A stretch of 64,000 bases of DNA from positions 18,326-82,325 of the forward strand of contig CABZHU010000002.1 in NCBI GenBank assembly GCA_902525575.1. Direction: 5' to 3'. The notes under the pieces were generated by a model, which saw only the letters and a list, made by a program, of their open reading frames with translations, was not told the origin of the DNA and made no database searches. The DNA is from an uncultured Pelagibacteraceae bacterium. GTDB taxonomy: Bacteria; Pseudomonadota; Alphaproteobacteria; Pelagibacterales; AG-422-B15. The position numbers and the translations under genes are program-made. Below are positions 50,034 through 59,872 of this stretch, one piece after another (positions within the stretch are counted from its first letter, which is position 1; each line of letters begins with the position of its first letter).

Positions 50034-50159
50034 ATGTTTCAGGTTTTAAAAAAAATATGGTTCTTACAGTGGAGATTTATCAAGATCTTCTTATCAACTG
50101 GTACTTATCCGCCATTGATAAGAAATAGAAAAAGAAATAGTTGGGGTAAGAAAAAATAA
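50034..50159 (+). CDS. Possible small basic protein, 41 aa
   Basis: Manual translation MFQVLKKIWFLQWRFIKIFLSTGTYPPLIRNRKRNSWGKKK; fills an otherwise empty gap and converges on the next small ORF. Confidence 0.3.
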   Translation: MFQVLKKIWFLQWRFIKIFLSTGTYPPLIRNRKRNSWGKKK

Positions 50160-50162
50160 ATA

Positions 50163-50312
50163 TTATTCGTCTTTGTCTTGGCTTTTGATGACCACTTCAG
50201 TAACTCTCTGCATTTGACTTTCAATACGCACTGAATGGTCCTTAAAATCCTGACGGATTAAATATACAAGATAGATTAAGATACAAACTGCAATAAATAT
50301 CAAAAATTCCAT
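50163..50312 (-). CDS. Small single-TM protein, 49 aa
   Basis: Manual translation MEFLIFIAVCILIYLVYLIRQDFKDHSVRIESQMQRVTEVVIKSQDKDE; downstream of djlA. Confidence 0.55.
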   Translation of the reverse strand: MEFLIFIAVCILIYLVYLIRQDFKDHSVRIESQMQRVTEVVIKSQDKDE

Positions 50313-50369
50313 AACTAAGTATATCCCGTGGTCATTTAATTTAAACTGATAAAAAAATTTAAATTATGC

Positions 50370-51104
50370 CTATTTTTCACCTCTTATTTTTAGAACTTGT
50401 TCATAAGCATCATTAATGCGTTGAAAATTTTCTTTAGCTTTAGTTATTAAACTCTTATCAGTAATACCCTTAGCCCTAACAATATCAGGATGATTTTTTC
50501 TAGCCAAGTTTCGATAGATCTTTTTAATCTCTGATGTTGATTGTGATTTATTAACCCCCAATACTTTGTAGGGATCTTCCTTTACAAACTCTGGCCTTGA
50601 ATTGCTCAGTCTATTAAACGTTGCCTGATCGATACCAAATATTTGACTTACTTTTTTTATATATTTTAATTCAGGCGCAGATAAATCATGATCTGCATAA
50701 CCTATTTCGAAAAGTCCTATGATTACTTGTTCTAACATTTGAGGTGTGCGATAAAAAGTATCTCTTAATTGTTGTGCGTATGGTTCAAAACCTGCACTAG
50801 TCTCTGCTGCAGTTTTCCAAATTTTACCCACTTCCTTCATATTTTCTTCAGGAATTTTAAAGATCTTTTTAAATTTCTTTATTTCATCATCCGTGACTCT
50901 CCCATCTGCTTTAGCTAACTTTGCACACAGTACAACTAAACCGAGAGCATAAACACCCTGGTGTCTATTAAAATTCGCACCAGGATTTCTAAAATTATTT
51001 TTCTTTCCTAGAAAATAAGCACCAGCTGTAAAAGCTAATGCGCCTAGAGGACCTGCAATCATGTTGCCAAGAGAAGCAGCGAGTAAATATTTCCAAACGT
51101 TCAT
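50370..51104 (-). CDS. djlA: DnaJ-like membrane co-chaperone (TerB-like plus J domain)
   Basis: N-terminal TM, AKLAKADGRV, DPYKVLGV, HPD motif. Confidence 0.88.
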   Translation of the reverse strand: MNVWKYLLAASLGNMIAGPLGALAFTAGAYFLGKKNNFRNPGANFNRHQGVYALGLVVLCAKLAKADGRVTDDEIKKFKKIFKIPEENMKEVGKIWKTAAETSAGFEPYAQQLRDTFYRTPQMLEQVIIGLFEIGYADHDLSAPELKYIKKVSQIFGIDQATFNRLSNSRPEFVKEDPYKVLGVNKSQSTSEIKKIYRNLARKNHPDIVRAKGITDKSLITKAKENFQRINDAYEQVLKIRGEK

Positions 51105-51163
51105 AATTTTTATGCTAGTCTAATTCTTAATATTTGTAATCGCAATCATAGATCGTTTTATGT

Positions 51164-52066
51164 ATGGAAAATAATATAAAAGTTGGTGCTTTTTTTATGC
51201 TCGTCAGTGTGACTGGCTTTGCATTAATGGATTTGGCAGTAAAATGGACTACAGAAGATTACAGTATTGGTTACGTTGTATTTTGGCGAATGATAGGAGG
51301 CTTAATACCTCTTGTATTTACAATACCTCGTGATCGATGGGCACATCTATTAACAACTTCAAAGCCCGGACTTCATTTTATTAGAAGTTTAGCTGGAACA
51401 ATTGCTTTATTTTGTGTTTACGCAAGCTTACATTTCTTGCCATTGGCAACAACCGTATCACTTACGTTTGCATCGCCTATTTTTAGTACATTATTATCAA
51501 TTTTCATTCTTGGAGAAATAGTTGGAAGCAGAAGATGGACTGCAATTGCAATTGGGTTCATTGGAGTTTTAGTAATAGTTAATCCAACATCATCTGGATT
51601 TAACTTTTATATGATCTTACCAATTTTATTTTGTATATTTTTTTCTATAGTTGCAATTTCGATACGCAAGTTAAGTGAAACAGAGCCTACATACTTAATA
51701 GCCTTATACTTTACAATTTTCGGAATAATTGCTTCTCTGTTTACAATCCCTTTTGGTGGCTGGTATTGGTGGCCTGTGTCTTTATTTGATTTTGGCATGT
51801 TGGCGTTAGTTGGGATCAGTGGAGGTATAGGAAACCTTGCTTTAACTCAAGCATACAAGAATGCTGAAGTGTCAATTGTTACACCTTTAAAGTATTTGAG
51901 TTTGATTTATGGAATAATCTTTGGCTATTTTATTTGGAATGAAATTCCTGCTTGGAATACATACATTGGTGCATTTTTCATTATTGTTTCCTCATTGACA
52001 ATTCTGAGAAGAGAGAAAATTCTAAAAAAAGAAATTGTACCTGATAAATATATAATTAGACGTTAG
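51164..52066 (+). CDS. DMT/EamA family transporter
   Basis: About 10 TM segments; LGEIVGSRRW, GFIGVLVIVNP. Confidence 0.88.
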   Translation: MENNIKVGAFFMLVSVTGFALMDLAVKWTTEDYSIGYVVFWRMIGGLIPLVFTIPRDRWAHLLTTSKPGLHFIRSLAGTIALFCVYASLHFLPLATTVSLTFASPIFSTLLSIFILGEIVGSRRWTAIAIGFIGVLVIVNPTSSGFNFYMILPILFCIFFSIVAISIRKLSETEPTYLIALYFTIFGIIASLFTIPFGGWYWWPVSLFDFGMLALVGISGGIGNLALTQAYKNAEVSIVTPLKYLSLIYGIIFGYFIWNEIPAWNTYIGAFFIIVSSLTILRREKILKKEIVPDKYIIRR

Positions 52067-52848
52067 TCGTTAGACCAGTTTGGATCTCTTTTTTCAAGAA
52101 AAGAAGATATTCCCTCGTTGCCATCATTGAGTGTTAAATTCCTTACCATCTCTGCACTCGTAAAGTCATAAGCGTCAGTTAATGGCATTTCACTTTGACG
52201 GTAGAAACTTTTCTTTCCCATGGCAATAACGGCAGCTGATTTATTACAAATATCATTGCATGACTTTTCAACTACTTTTTCTAAATCTGCACTATCAACC
52301 GCGGCATTGATCAATCCAATTTGTACAGCCCTGTCAGACAAAATCGGTTCTCCACTTAACAACATTTCCATCATTGGTTTTCTGCCGATTGTCCTTGAGA
52401 CAGCAACTTGAGGTGTATGACAAAATAATCCAATATTTACTCCTGGAGTTGCGTATTTTGAGTCTAATGATCCATAAGCTAAATCACATGAGGCGACTAA
52501 TTGGGCACCAGCTGCAGTTGCTATGCCTCTGACCTGCGCAATGACTGGCTTACTTAAAGCCTGAATTTGTTTCATCATTGAGGAACACGTTGAAAATAAT
52601 TCAACTTGAGATTTAGTATCATTATTATCAAGAAAGCCTTTTACCTCTTTTAAATTATGTCCTGAGGAAAATATTTTATCACTTTCAGATTTTATAATTA
52701 CAACTCGAATAGAGTCATCATGATCAATAGTTGTTAGTTGATTTTGAATTTCTCCCATCATAGGCATACTTAGACTATTTGCAGGAAGGTCATTCAAACT
52801 TAAAGTAGTAACTGAATTTTTATCACTTCTGATGAGAATATTCGTCAT
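52063..52848 (-). CDS. Enoyl-CoA hydratase/isomerase family protein
   Basis: FSSGHNLKE, ATAAGAQLVASCDLA, TPGVNIGLFC, EGISSFLEKR. Confidence 0.92.
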   Translation of the reverse strand: MTNILIRSDKNSVTTLSLNDLPANSLSMPMMGEIQNQLTTIDHDDSIRVVIIKSESDKIFSSGHNLKEVKGFLDNNDTKSQVELFSTCSSMMKQIQALSKPVIAQVRGIATAAGAQLVASCDLAYGSLDSKYATPGVNIGLFCHTPQVAVSRTIGRKPMMEMLLSGEPILSDRAVQIGLINAAVDSADLEKVVEKSCNDICNKSAAVIAMGKKSFYRQSEMPLTDAYDFTSAEMVRNLTLNDGNEGISSFLEKRDPNWSND

Positions 52849-53561
52849 TATTTAAACCTTATGTTTACTCTTCGGTTTCTTTTACCTTTATTTTCAATTT
52901 TTCCAATCTCTAATCCTTCAATCTCACCCGTTGATTTCACATGAGTGCCTCCACACGCCTGTATATCTAAAATTTTATCTTCACCAATTTGAACAATTTG
53001 TACTTTGTTATCAATTATGGGAGGGCTAACAGCAGCGCCTTTTGCTAAATGGGGATTATCTCTAAATTCATCTCCAGAAATTTGTTTTGTGAATACAGGA
53101 AAATTATTTTTGATAATTTCATCAATCTGTTGATTCATTGCCTCTTTATCAAGCAAACTTGGGTCGACATCAAAATCAACTCTACTTTTTTGTGCACCAA
53201 CTGAAGCACCTGTAATTAAAGCATCAATCAAACTACACAGAATATGACATGAGGTATGCATTCTCATATGACTTTGTCTCAATTCCCAATCAATCTTGAT
53301 CTCACATTCTTTACCAACAATGCTCTGATCAATATCACCGTCGACTAAATGAATAATGTCATTTGGAGAATTACCTTTCTGAGTGTCGATAACTTTATAA
53401 ATTTGATCTCCTAGGATGATCTCTCCTTGATCACCCGGCTGTCCGCCTGACTCAGCGTAGAAAATTGTTCGATTCAATTGAATAGAGTTTTGATCGACGT
53501 TTGTAACAACTGCTTCAGACTGAGTGAGGTAAGCATCATTGTTAAAAAGTAATTCAGTCAT
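52848..53561 (-). CDS. Alanyl-tRNA editing protein (AlaX-M)
   Basis: FYAESGGQPGD, HMRMHTSCH, QACGGTH. Confidence 0.92.
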   Translation of the reverse strand: MTELLFNNDAYLTQSEAVVTNVDQNSIQLNRTIFYAESGGQPGDQGEIILGDQIYKVIDTQKGNSPNDIIHLVDGDIDQSIVGKECEIKIDWELRQSHMRMHTSCHILCSLIDALITGASVGAQKSRVDFDVDPSLLDKEAMNQQIDEIIKNNFPVFTKQISGDEFRDNPHLAKGAAVSPPIIDNKVQIVQIGEDKILDIQACGGTHVKSTGEIEGLEIGKIENKGKRNRRVNIRFK

Positions 53562-53563
53562 GA

Positions 53564-54934
53564 TTATAAATAGAGATCATATTCCTCTCGAGGAACAAAA
53601 CTTGACTCGACATGATCAATTTCACCTTGTTTTGCAGCAGTATAAAGATCAAGATATTCTTTTCCAAGATATTTTTTTAATAGTTTGGAAGATTGGAAAC
53701 GCGCTAACGCTTGGTCCATATTTTTTGGCATATCAATATCAGCTTCTTTATCCGCTCCTTCGTTATTATCAAAATCAACTTGGTTTGAGGGAGTTAATTC
53801 ATTAGCTAAACCATTATGCAACCCTGCTAATAAGCATGCTAGGACTAAGTAAGGATTGGCGTCTGATGAAGCAACGCGATGTTCAATTCTTTTTGCGTCA
53901 TCTGATCCAGCTGGTATTCTTAATGAAACGTCTCTTCGATTCCAGGACCAACTTGTATTAACAGGAACGAAATTTCTTGTTTCTATTCTTCTGTAACCAT
54001 TTCGATTTGGAATAAAGATTGGAAAACTATCATAAAACATTGATTGAAAACCAGCTATAGCACTTTTTAATTTTTTATTTCCATAACGATTCGGAGTAGC
54101 AAAAATATTTTTTTCATTTTTATCATAAACGGAGAGATGAAGATGCATTCCATTACCTGTTTGATCTAAAAAGGGTTTAGCCATAAATGTTGCTTCATAG
54201 CCGTGCCTTGCACTTGTCTCTTTAATAATTCGTCTTAATAAAGCAGCATCATCTGCGGCTTTCAGAAGATCTCCTGTGTGCTTTAGATTAATTTCATACT
54301 GTCCCGCAGCAAATTCACTAGAAGCCGTAGTCGCTGGTATATTTTGCATCTCGCAATTCTTGTTAATATCATCAAATAACTTTCCGAAGAGATCAAGGTC
54401 TGGTATACCATAAACATGTGTTTTATTAGCACCTTCAGCAGGTATTGGTTTTCCAGACTCATCTCTGTTTTTGTCTAAAAGATAAAATTCTAATTCAAAA
54501 GCAACCACAGGCTTCAATCCAGTGTTCTTAAAATTCTTCATAACTTTTTTTAAAATATTTCTAGGGTCAACCTCTGATGGGTCCTTTATTACTCCCCAAT
54601 TTTCTTGCTCTTTTCTCATTGTGATTAAAACTTGCAAGAAGCGTTCATCCCACGGTACTGGCTTAATAGTTCCTTTAACAGGAACCAGAACACCATCAGG
54701 ATCACCATCTGTCCAACCTAGATTCAGGGTATTTGTTACTCCTCCTAGAACATCTAGATAAAATGCGGAGAATGGGAGAAGAACGCCATCTGAAAAAATT
54801 TTATTAGCTTCAAGGACTGGAAAACGTTTTCCTCTTACATAACCACATAAATCTGTGAAGATAGCATCGACATATTGAATATTATTGTGCTGGCTTAATA
54901 TTTCATCAAATTCAGCTTGTGTAGCAACTTCCAT
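53564..54934 (-). CDS. Glutamine synthetase-like protein (gamma-glutamyl-amine ligase, PuuA-like)
   Basis: GDPDG, ELEFY, EFAAGQYEIN, FMAKPF, GNGMHLHLS, RIEHR, DANPYL; amine-catabolic context. Confidence 0.85.
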   Translation of the reverse strand: MEVATQAEFDEILSQHNNIQYVDAIFTDLCGYVRGKRFPVLEANKIFSDGVLLPFSAFYLDVLGGVTNTLNLGWTDGDPDGVLVPVKGTIKPVPWDERFLQVLITMRKEQENWGVIKDPSEVDPRNILKKVMKNFKNTGLKPVVAFELEFYLLDKNRDESGKPIPAEGANKTHVYGIPDLDLFGKLFDDINKNCEMQNIPATTASSEFAAGQYEINLKHTGDLLKAADDAALLRRIIKETSARHGYEATFMAKPFLDQTGNGMHLHLSVYDKNEKNIFATPNRYGNKKLKSAIAGFQSMFYDSFPIFIPNRNGYRRIETRNFVPVNTSWSWNRRDVSLRIPAGSDDAKRIEHRVASSDANPYLVLACLLAGLHNGLANELTPSNQVDFDNNEGADKEADIDMPKNMDQALARFQSSKLLKKYLGKEYLDLYTAAKQGEIDHVESSFVPREEYDLYL

Positions 54935-54948
54935 TTTATATCCCTGAC

Positions 54949-56043
54949 TTAAGTCAGTCCATTAACGTGATTTTGTAAATGACTTAGATAGAACTTTTGA
55001 TATTGAACCAAGCTTGTCTCTAGTTCGCCATACTTTCCAGGCTGATAAGCTCGACTTTCAATGCCCTTTTGATTCATTTCACACAATTGGGAATCTTCTG
55101 TTGATGTTTGGTCCCAAAGAAAAATCATTTTATCAATGTCAACTTCAGCATCTTTGTGAGTAACCCAATATTGAGTAACGATTGTTTTATTTTGACTAAC
55201 AGGAGTAAATAAAAAAAGAATTACAAATTCATTATTGGCAACAAAGCTATTGAATGGGCTAAAACCAATAGCGGTATAACCATGATCCGGTCCTATGGTT
55301 TTAAAGTCCCCCATCAGTGAAGAGCATGAATAGCTGCCATCCATTGTCTCAGACATAATGCCTTCAGGTAAAGGAGTGCGCTCTGCAATTCTAAAATATT
55401 TATTGGTATCTTCACTGTACTCGCTAACAAACAAACCTTTATTTTGACTTTCAAGTGTCCAATCTTTTATACGTTGATTGAATTCAGGAGATTCAATTCC
55501 TGAGCCAACCCCAGCTCCATAAGAATTACAATACGCCTCCCCATGAACACTTAAATAATCTTTGTGAGTAAATTCACCTCCCCAACAATGCGCGCATTCT
55601 TTGAAGTTGTGAATGGTTGCAAGATGAGAAGCATTAAATATAAAGTCTTTTTGAAATGCGATCTTACCGTCATTAAGGCCATGAATTTTAATATATGGTT
55701 CTAGTGGTTTTATAAATTCTTCAAAGAAATATGGCACTTCAGAAAAGTTGACAAAAATTAAGCTTTCATAAACTTTTAAATGGCATTTGAAATCAGGTAC
55801 AGATGATGAGATAGTTAAATTATTGTCTTTAGACATTTTTATTTCAACAAACCCGCCATTAATTTGATAAATGAATGTATTGTTTTCATTAAAATAAGAT
55901 AGATGAGTAAGAAATACCCACTGTTTCTTGAAAACAGCCTCATAACTTAGATCAAACAATGCTTTGTTGGTGAAAAAAAGCTGATCCATTCCTGTATTAG
56001 GGTCTTGGTTTTTAATAATGTCTCTAATGTTTTGATCAATCAT
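54949..56043 (-). CDS. Rieske-oxygenase alpha-subunit homolog lacking the Rieske [2Fe-2S] subdomain
   Basis: Family N-terminus (FFTNKALFDLSYEAVFKKQW) and catalytic domain (NFKECAHC...THKDY, WDQTSTEDSQLCEMNQKG) are present, but there is no CxH...CxxH ligand set. Confidence 0.8.
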   Translation of the reverse strand: MIDQNIRDIIKNQDPNTGMDQLFFTNKALFDLSYEAVFKKQWVFLTHLSYFNENNTFIYQINGGFVEIKMSKDNNLTISSSVPDFKCHLKVYESLIFVNFSEVPYFFEEFIKPLEPYIKIHGLNDGKIAFQKDFIFNASHLATIHNFKECAHCWGGEFTHKDYLSVHGEAYCNSYGAGVGSGIESPEFNQRIKDWTLESQNKGLFVSEYSEDTNKYFRIAERTPLPEGIMSETMDGSYSCSSLMGDFKTIGPDHGYTAIGFSPFNSFVANNEFVILFLFTPVSQNKTIVTQYWVTHKDAEVDIDKMIFLWDQTSTEDSQLCEMNQKGIESRAYQPGKYGELETSLVQYQKFYLSHLQNHVNGLT

Positions 56044-56095
56044 GGTGTGAATTCAATATATTTTATTAATTAATAAATTAAAATAAAATAATCTT

Positions 56096-57592
56096 ATGAG
56101 TAGTTTAGACCTTGATATTTGTTATTTATCAGCTTCTGAAGCCCTAGAAAAATTTAAAAATAAATCTTTGTCTCCAGTTGAGCTATTAAATGAGACAATA
56201 AAAAGAATTGAAAATGTAAACCCAAAAATTAATGCTTTTAATTTTTTTCGCTTCGAAGAAGCATTGAAAGAAGCAAAACATTCAGAATTAAAATATACAG
56301 AAGATAAATCTACTTTGCCTTTGGAAGGTTTACCTTTAGCAATTAAAGATGAAGTTAATATAAAGGGACAACCTAATAAGAATGGAAGCTTAATCTATAA
56401 AGACGTAATAGCAGAAGGAACTGACGTAGATGTAGAGTCCCTTGTAAGCTCTGGTGCAATAATTCATGCACGCACAACTAACCCAGAGTTTTCACTGACA
56501 TCATTCTGCCATTCCAAAGTAAATGGCGTCACAAGAAATCCCTGGAACTTAGATATGACACCAGGAGGTTCAAGTGGGGGAAGTGCTGCCGCACTAGCGT
56601 CGGGTTGTGCATCACTTGCAACTGGTAGTGATATAGGTGGATCAATTCGTATCCCTGCTGGGGCCTGCGGAGTCGTTGGTTACAAACCTCCCTATGGAAG
56701 AAATCCAATGGGTTATCCTTTTAATCATGATCCGTATTGTGTTGTTGGTCCCCTTGCGAGAACTGTTAGTGATTGTGCCCTTATGCAAAATGTTATGAGT
56801 GGTCCAAATAAAAATGATATTGCTTCACTCAGACCCAAAAAAATTATTCCTAATAAGTTTGAGAATATTAAGAACTGGAAAATTGCTTATTCACTTGATC
56901 TTGGATTTTTTGAGGTGGATGAAGAAGTTGAAAAAAATACATTGGAGGCTTTGAAAAAATTTGAGACTCTTGGTGCAACAATTACAGAAGTAAAATTAAA
57001 TTGGAATCGAGATGAAGTAAATTCAGTTTGCTTTAGTCATTACGCTAATTCATTTTATGGCCTCATAGCAAAATTTTCAAACGATGAAAAAAAACTATTA
57101 ACTGATTATGCAAAAATGTTTGCTGAAGTCCCTGAATTACATATCAGAGCGATTCAAAATAATGAAAAGTACTATCATGATCAAATAGGGGCTTATGTTG
57201 GATATGATGTTATTGAAAGCTCAGAAATCACAGGCCGTATGTATTCAGAAATTGGGCCAATATTAGACAGTTACGATTTATTTATATGTCCTACAAACTC
57301 TTTACCTTCAATTAAGGCTGATATTGATATTGTTAATGAAAATATCATTATCAATAATAAAGAGCAGGAGTGTGCAGATTTTTCTTGGGTCATGTCACAT
57401 CCATTTAATATGCTGGGTAAATTACCGGTCCTATCAGTCCCTTCAGGATTAAGCTCTAGCAATATTCCAACAGGAATCCAAATTATTGCACGATCTTACA
57501 GTGATGAATTAGTATTCCAGGGTGGGTACAACTACGAAATGTTAGATCCATGGCTCAATTCCAGCAAAAATCGTCCTTTGATTCACTTTTAA
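56096..57592 (+). CDS. Amidase (amidase-signature family)
   Basis: LAIKD (Lys), PGGSSGGSAAA, GSDIGGSIRIPA. Confidence 0.93.
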   Translation: MSSLDLDICYLSASEALEKFKNKSLSPVELLNETIKRIENVNPKINAFNFFRFEEALKEAKHSELKYTEDKSTLPLEGLPLAIKDEVNIKGQPNKNGSLIYKDVIAEGTDVDVESLVSSGAIIHARTTNPEFSLTSFCHSKVNGVTRNPWNLDMTPGGSSGGSAAALASGCASLATGSDIGGSIRIPAGACGVVGYKPPYGRNPMGYPFNHDPYCVVGPLARTVSDCALMQNVMSGPNKNDIASLRPKKIIPNKFENIKNWKIAYSLDLGFFEVDEEVEKNTLEALKKFETLGATITEVKLNWNRDEVNSVCFSHYANSFYGLIAKFSNDEKKLLTDYAKMFAEVPELHIRAIQNNEKYYHDQIGAYVGYDVIESSEITGRMYSEIGPILDSYDLFICPTNSLPSIKADIDIVNENIIINNKEQECADFSWVMSHPFNMLGKLPVLSVPSGLSSSNIPTGIQIIARSYSDELVFQGGYNYEMLDPWLNSSKNRPLIHF

Positions 57593-57658
57593 TATATTGA
57601 CCAACGACCCTATAGGTGTACAATTTTTAGTATAAATAAAAAAAAAGGATGATTAATA

Positions 57659-58738
57659 ATGAAAAAATCAATTTTTACAGTTTTATTAGGAGCAGCTTTA
57701 ATAGCTCTTATAGCTGGATGTTCTCAACAAGAAGAAGAAGTTGCACAGTCTAAACCAGGGCCTGGATCAGTCTTCTTGTGGGGTGGCTATGATGATGATG
57801 GCCTATTTGGATCATACGCTGCAGAGCATGGTTCCCCCGAATACTCAATATTTGGTGACGCTGAAGAGGGATTGCAAAAGCTAAAAGCAGGCTTTGAAGT
57901 TGACTTAGCATGGCCTTGCCAAGGTGAAATAAAAAGATGGGTAAGAGCCGGCGTATTAGAGCCACTTGATCCGTCAAGAATTGATAACTGGGATGATATG
58001 TTCCCTGAAGTTAGAGACCTGCCAAGCGGTATGGTTGATGGTAAGCATTATTTTGCACCAGTCGACTGGGGAGACACTACATTGTTTTACATGGCAGACA
58101 GAGTCGATTGGATGGATGCCTCTAATGAAAGTTTTGCTCTAATGGAAGACCCAAGAGTAAAAGGTAAAGTCGGTATCTTAGACTCAGCTGCAGACTCTTT
58201 GTTTTTAATGATGCACCATCTTGGAGTTGATATCAGAGAACAAGATCAATTAACGAAAGCTGCTATTGACAAAGGTATCGATAAGTTTCGTGAAATGAGA
58301 GATAATGGTCAAATTCGTGCATTCTTTGGAGATACATCTTCAATGATTGAAGCGCTAGGAAACGAGGAAATAGACGTAGCACTTGGATGGAACGAAATAG
58401 CATGGAGTGCAGGAGCAAAAATGATGCAGCCTGCTAATGGCACAATGACTTGGGCTTGCGGTCTTGCGATTGTTAAAGGTGCAGACCTTGATAAAGCATA
58501 CGCAATGATTAATGGTGCAACTAGTGCAGAAACATCTGCTTACTTATTAAGTGAGTGGGGTTATGGACACAGCAATAAAGCTGGCTTTAGCACACTTACA
58601 GCTGACGAATTGGCTGAGCGTGGTGTTGCATCAAATCCTATAGAGCATTTAAATAATGGAATGTTCTCTGTGATGCCAACTGACGAAGTTACTGACTACA
58701 TGGAAGCTCAGTGGGCTGAAATGGTAGCTGGCGGTTAA
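57659..58738 (+). CDS. Polyamine-type (PotD/PotF family) ABC substrate-binding lipoprotein
   Basis: Lipobox IAGC, WGGY, LEPLDPSRIDNWDD, PVDWG, GWN; adjacent to the potABC-like operon. Confidence 0.82.
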   Translation: MKKSIFTVLLGAALIALIAGCSQQEEEVAQSKPGPGSVFLWGGYDDDGLFGSYAAEHGSPEYSIFGDAEEGLQKLKAGFEVDLAWPCQGEIKRWVRAGVLEPLDPSRIDNWDDMFPEVRDLPSGMVDGKHYFAPVDWGDTTLFYMADRVDWMDASNESFALMEDPRVKGKVGILDSAADSLFLMMHHLGVDIREQDQLTKAAIDKGIDKFREMRDNGQIRAFFGDTSSMIEALGNEEIDVALGWNEIAWSAGAKMMQPANGTMTWACGLAIVKGADLDKAYAMINGATSAETSAYLLSEWGYGHSNKAGFSTLTADELAERGVASNPIEHLNNGMFSVMPTDEVTDYMEAQWAEMVAGG

Positions 58739-58760
58739 TTCACTGCTAATTGGCTAATTT

Positions 58761-58797
58761 AAAATAGCCTGTTCTCTCTTGAGGACAGGCTATTTTT
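58761..58797. terminator. Bidirectional intrinsic terminator
   Basis: AAAATAGCCTGTTCTC-TCTT-GAGGACAGGCTATTTT hairpin between convergent genes. Confidence 0.85.
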
Positions 58798-59872
58798 TAT
58801 TGAGTAAGGAAATATCGTTTAAATTTATGCTGATAAAGCATTTACCATCTTGAAAAGACTGATTATCAAAATATTGTGATGATACGGTTATAATTTTTTC
58901 TATTTCTTTAGTTTCTACGTAAAATTTTGTCATTTCACCTAGATATGATGTTTGCTTGATTTTACCTTGTAAGCAAATATCCCAGTCTGATTTTTCTTTG
59001 TCAATCATCATTGTCTCTGGACGAACACTGCAAATAACATCTGAGGCATTTTCACTTATATTGAGATTATTTTTTATTTTAAATAAACCAAGATCTTCAA
59101 TGTTAACATTAATATATTCTCCGTCTTTAGAATCCGTCTTAGCTTTTAAAAAATTAGTTTCGCCAATAAAGTCACTAACAAATATATTTTGAGGATTTTT
59201 ATATAATTCGTTTGGAGATGACATCTGCTGAATTTTACCTTCACTCATCACCGCAACTCGGTCTGACATACTAATAGCCTCTTGCTGGTCGTGTGTAACA
59301 AATACAAAAGTTATTCCAATCTCTTTTTGAAGAGTTCTTAGTTCGAGTTGCATTTCGTCACGTAACTTTTTATCTAGTGCCCCAAGTGGCTCATCCAGTA
59401 ATAATACTTTCGGTTGTCTTACTAAAGCCCTTGCTAATGCTACTCTTTGTCTTTGACCTCCAGATAGTTGGCTACTATAGCGTTCCTCATAACCTTCTAA
59501 TTTTACCAACGACAAAACATCCTTAACTCTTTTGATAATTTCATCATTTGTTAAGCCAAGTTTTCTAAGACCAAACTGAACATTTTTCTCAACGTTTATG
59601 TGCGGAAAAATTGCGTAGTTCTGAAAAACCATATTTGTAGGTCTTTTATCAGGAGGTAATGCGGTAATATCACTGCCATCAAGTAATAGATTTCCACTAG
59701 TTGGATACTCAAAGCCAGCTAGTAATCTCAATAAGGTTGTTTTACCACAACCAGACGGACCTAGCAGAGAGAAAAACTCTCCCTCTTTAATTTGAAAAGA
59801 GACATCATCTACCGCTTTTACATTTCCAAAATGCTTAGAAATTTGGTTTATCTGTATAAAAGAATCATTCAT
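58790..59872 (-). CDS. Polyamine ABC transporter ATP-binding protein (PotA-like)
   Basis: GPSGCGKTT, VFQNYAIFPH, LSGGQRQRVALARA, LLLDEPLGALD, C-terminal TOBE domain. Confidence 0.92.
   Translation of the reverse strand: MNDSFIQINQISKHFGNVKAVDDVSFQIKEGEFFSLLGPSGCGKTTLLRLLAGFEYPTSGNLLLDGSDITALPPDKRPTNMVFQNYAIFPHINVEKNVQFGLRKLGLTNDEIIKRVKDVLSLVKLEGYEERYSSQLSGGQRQRVALARALVRQPKVLLLDEPLGALDKKLRDEMQLELRTLQKEIGITFVFVTHDQQEAISMSDRVAVMSEGKIQQMSSPNELYKNPQNIFVSDFIGETNFLKAKTDSKDGEYINVNIEDLGLFKIKNNLNISENASDVICSVRPETMMIDKEKSDWDICLQGKIKQTSYLGEMTKFYVETKEIEKIITVSSQYFDNQSFQDGKCFISINLNDISLLNKK

Noticed and set aside
53564-54934. Assigning glnA to the GS-family gene
   Set aside because: It lacks GSI-type features and lies in an amine-catabolic context, which fits a gamma-glutamyl ligase better.
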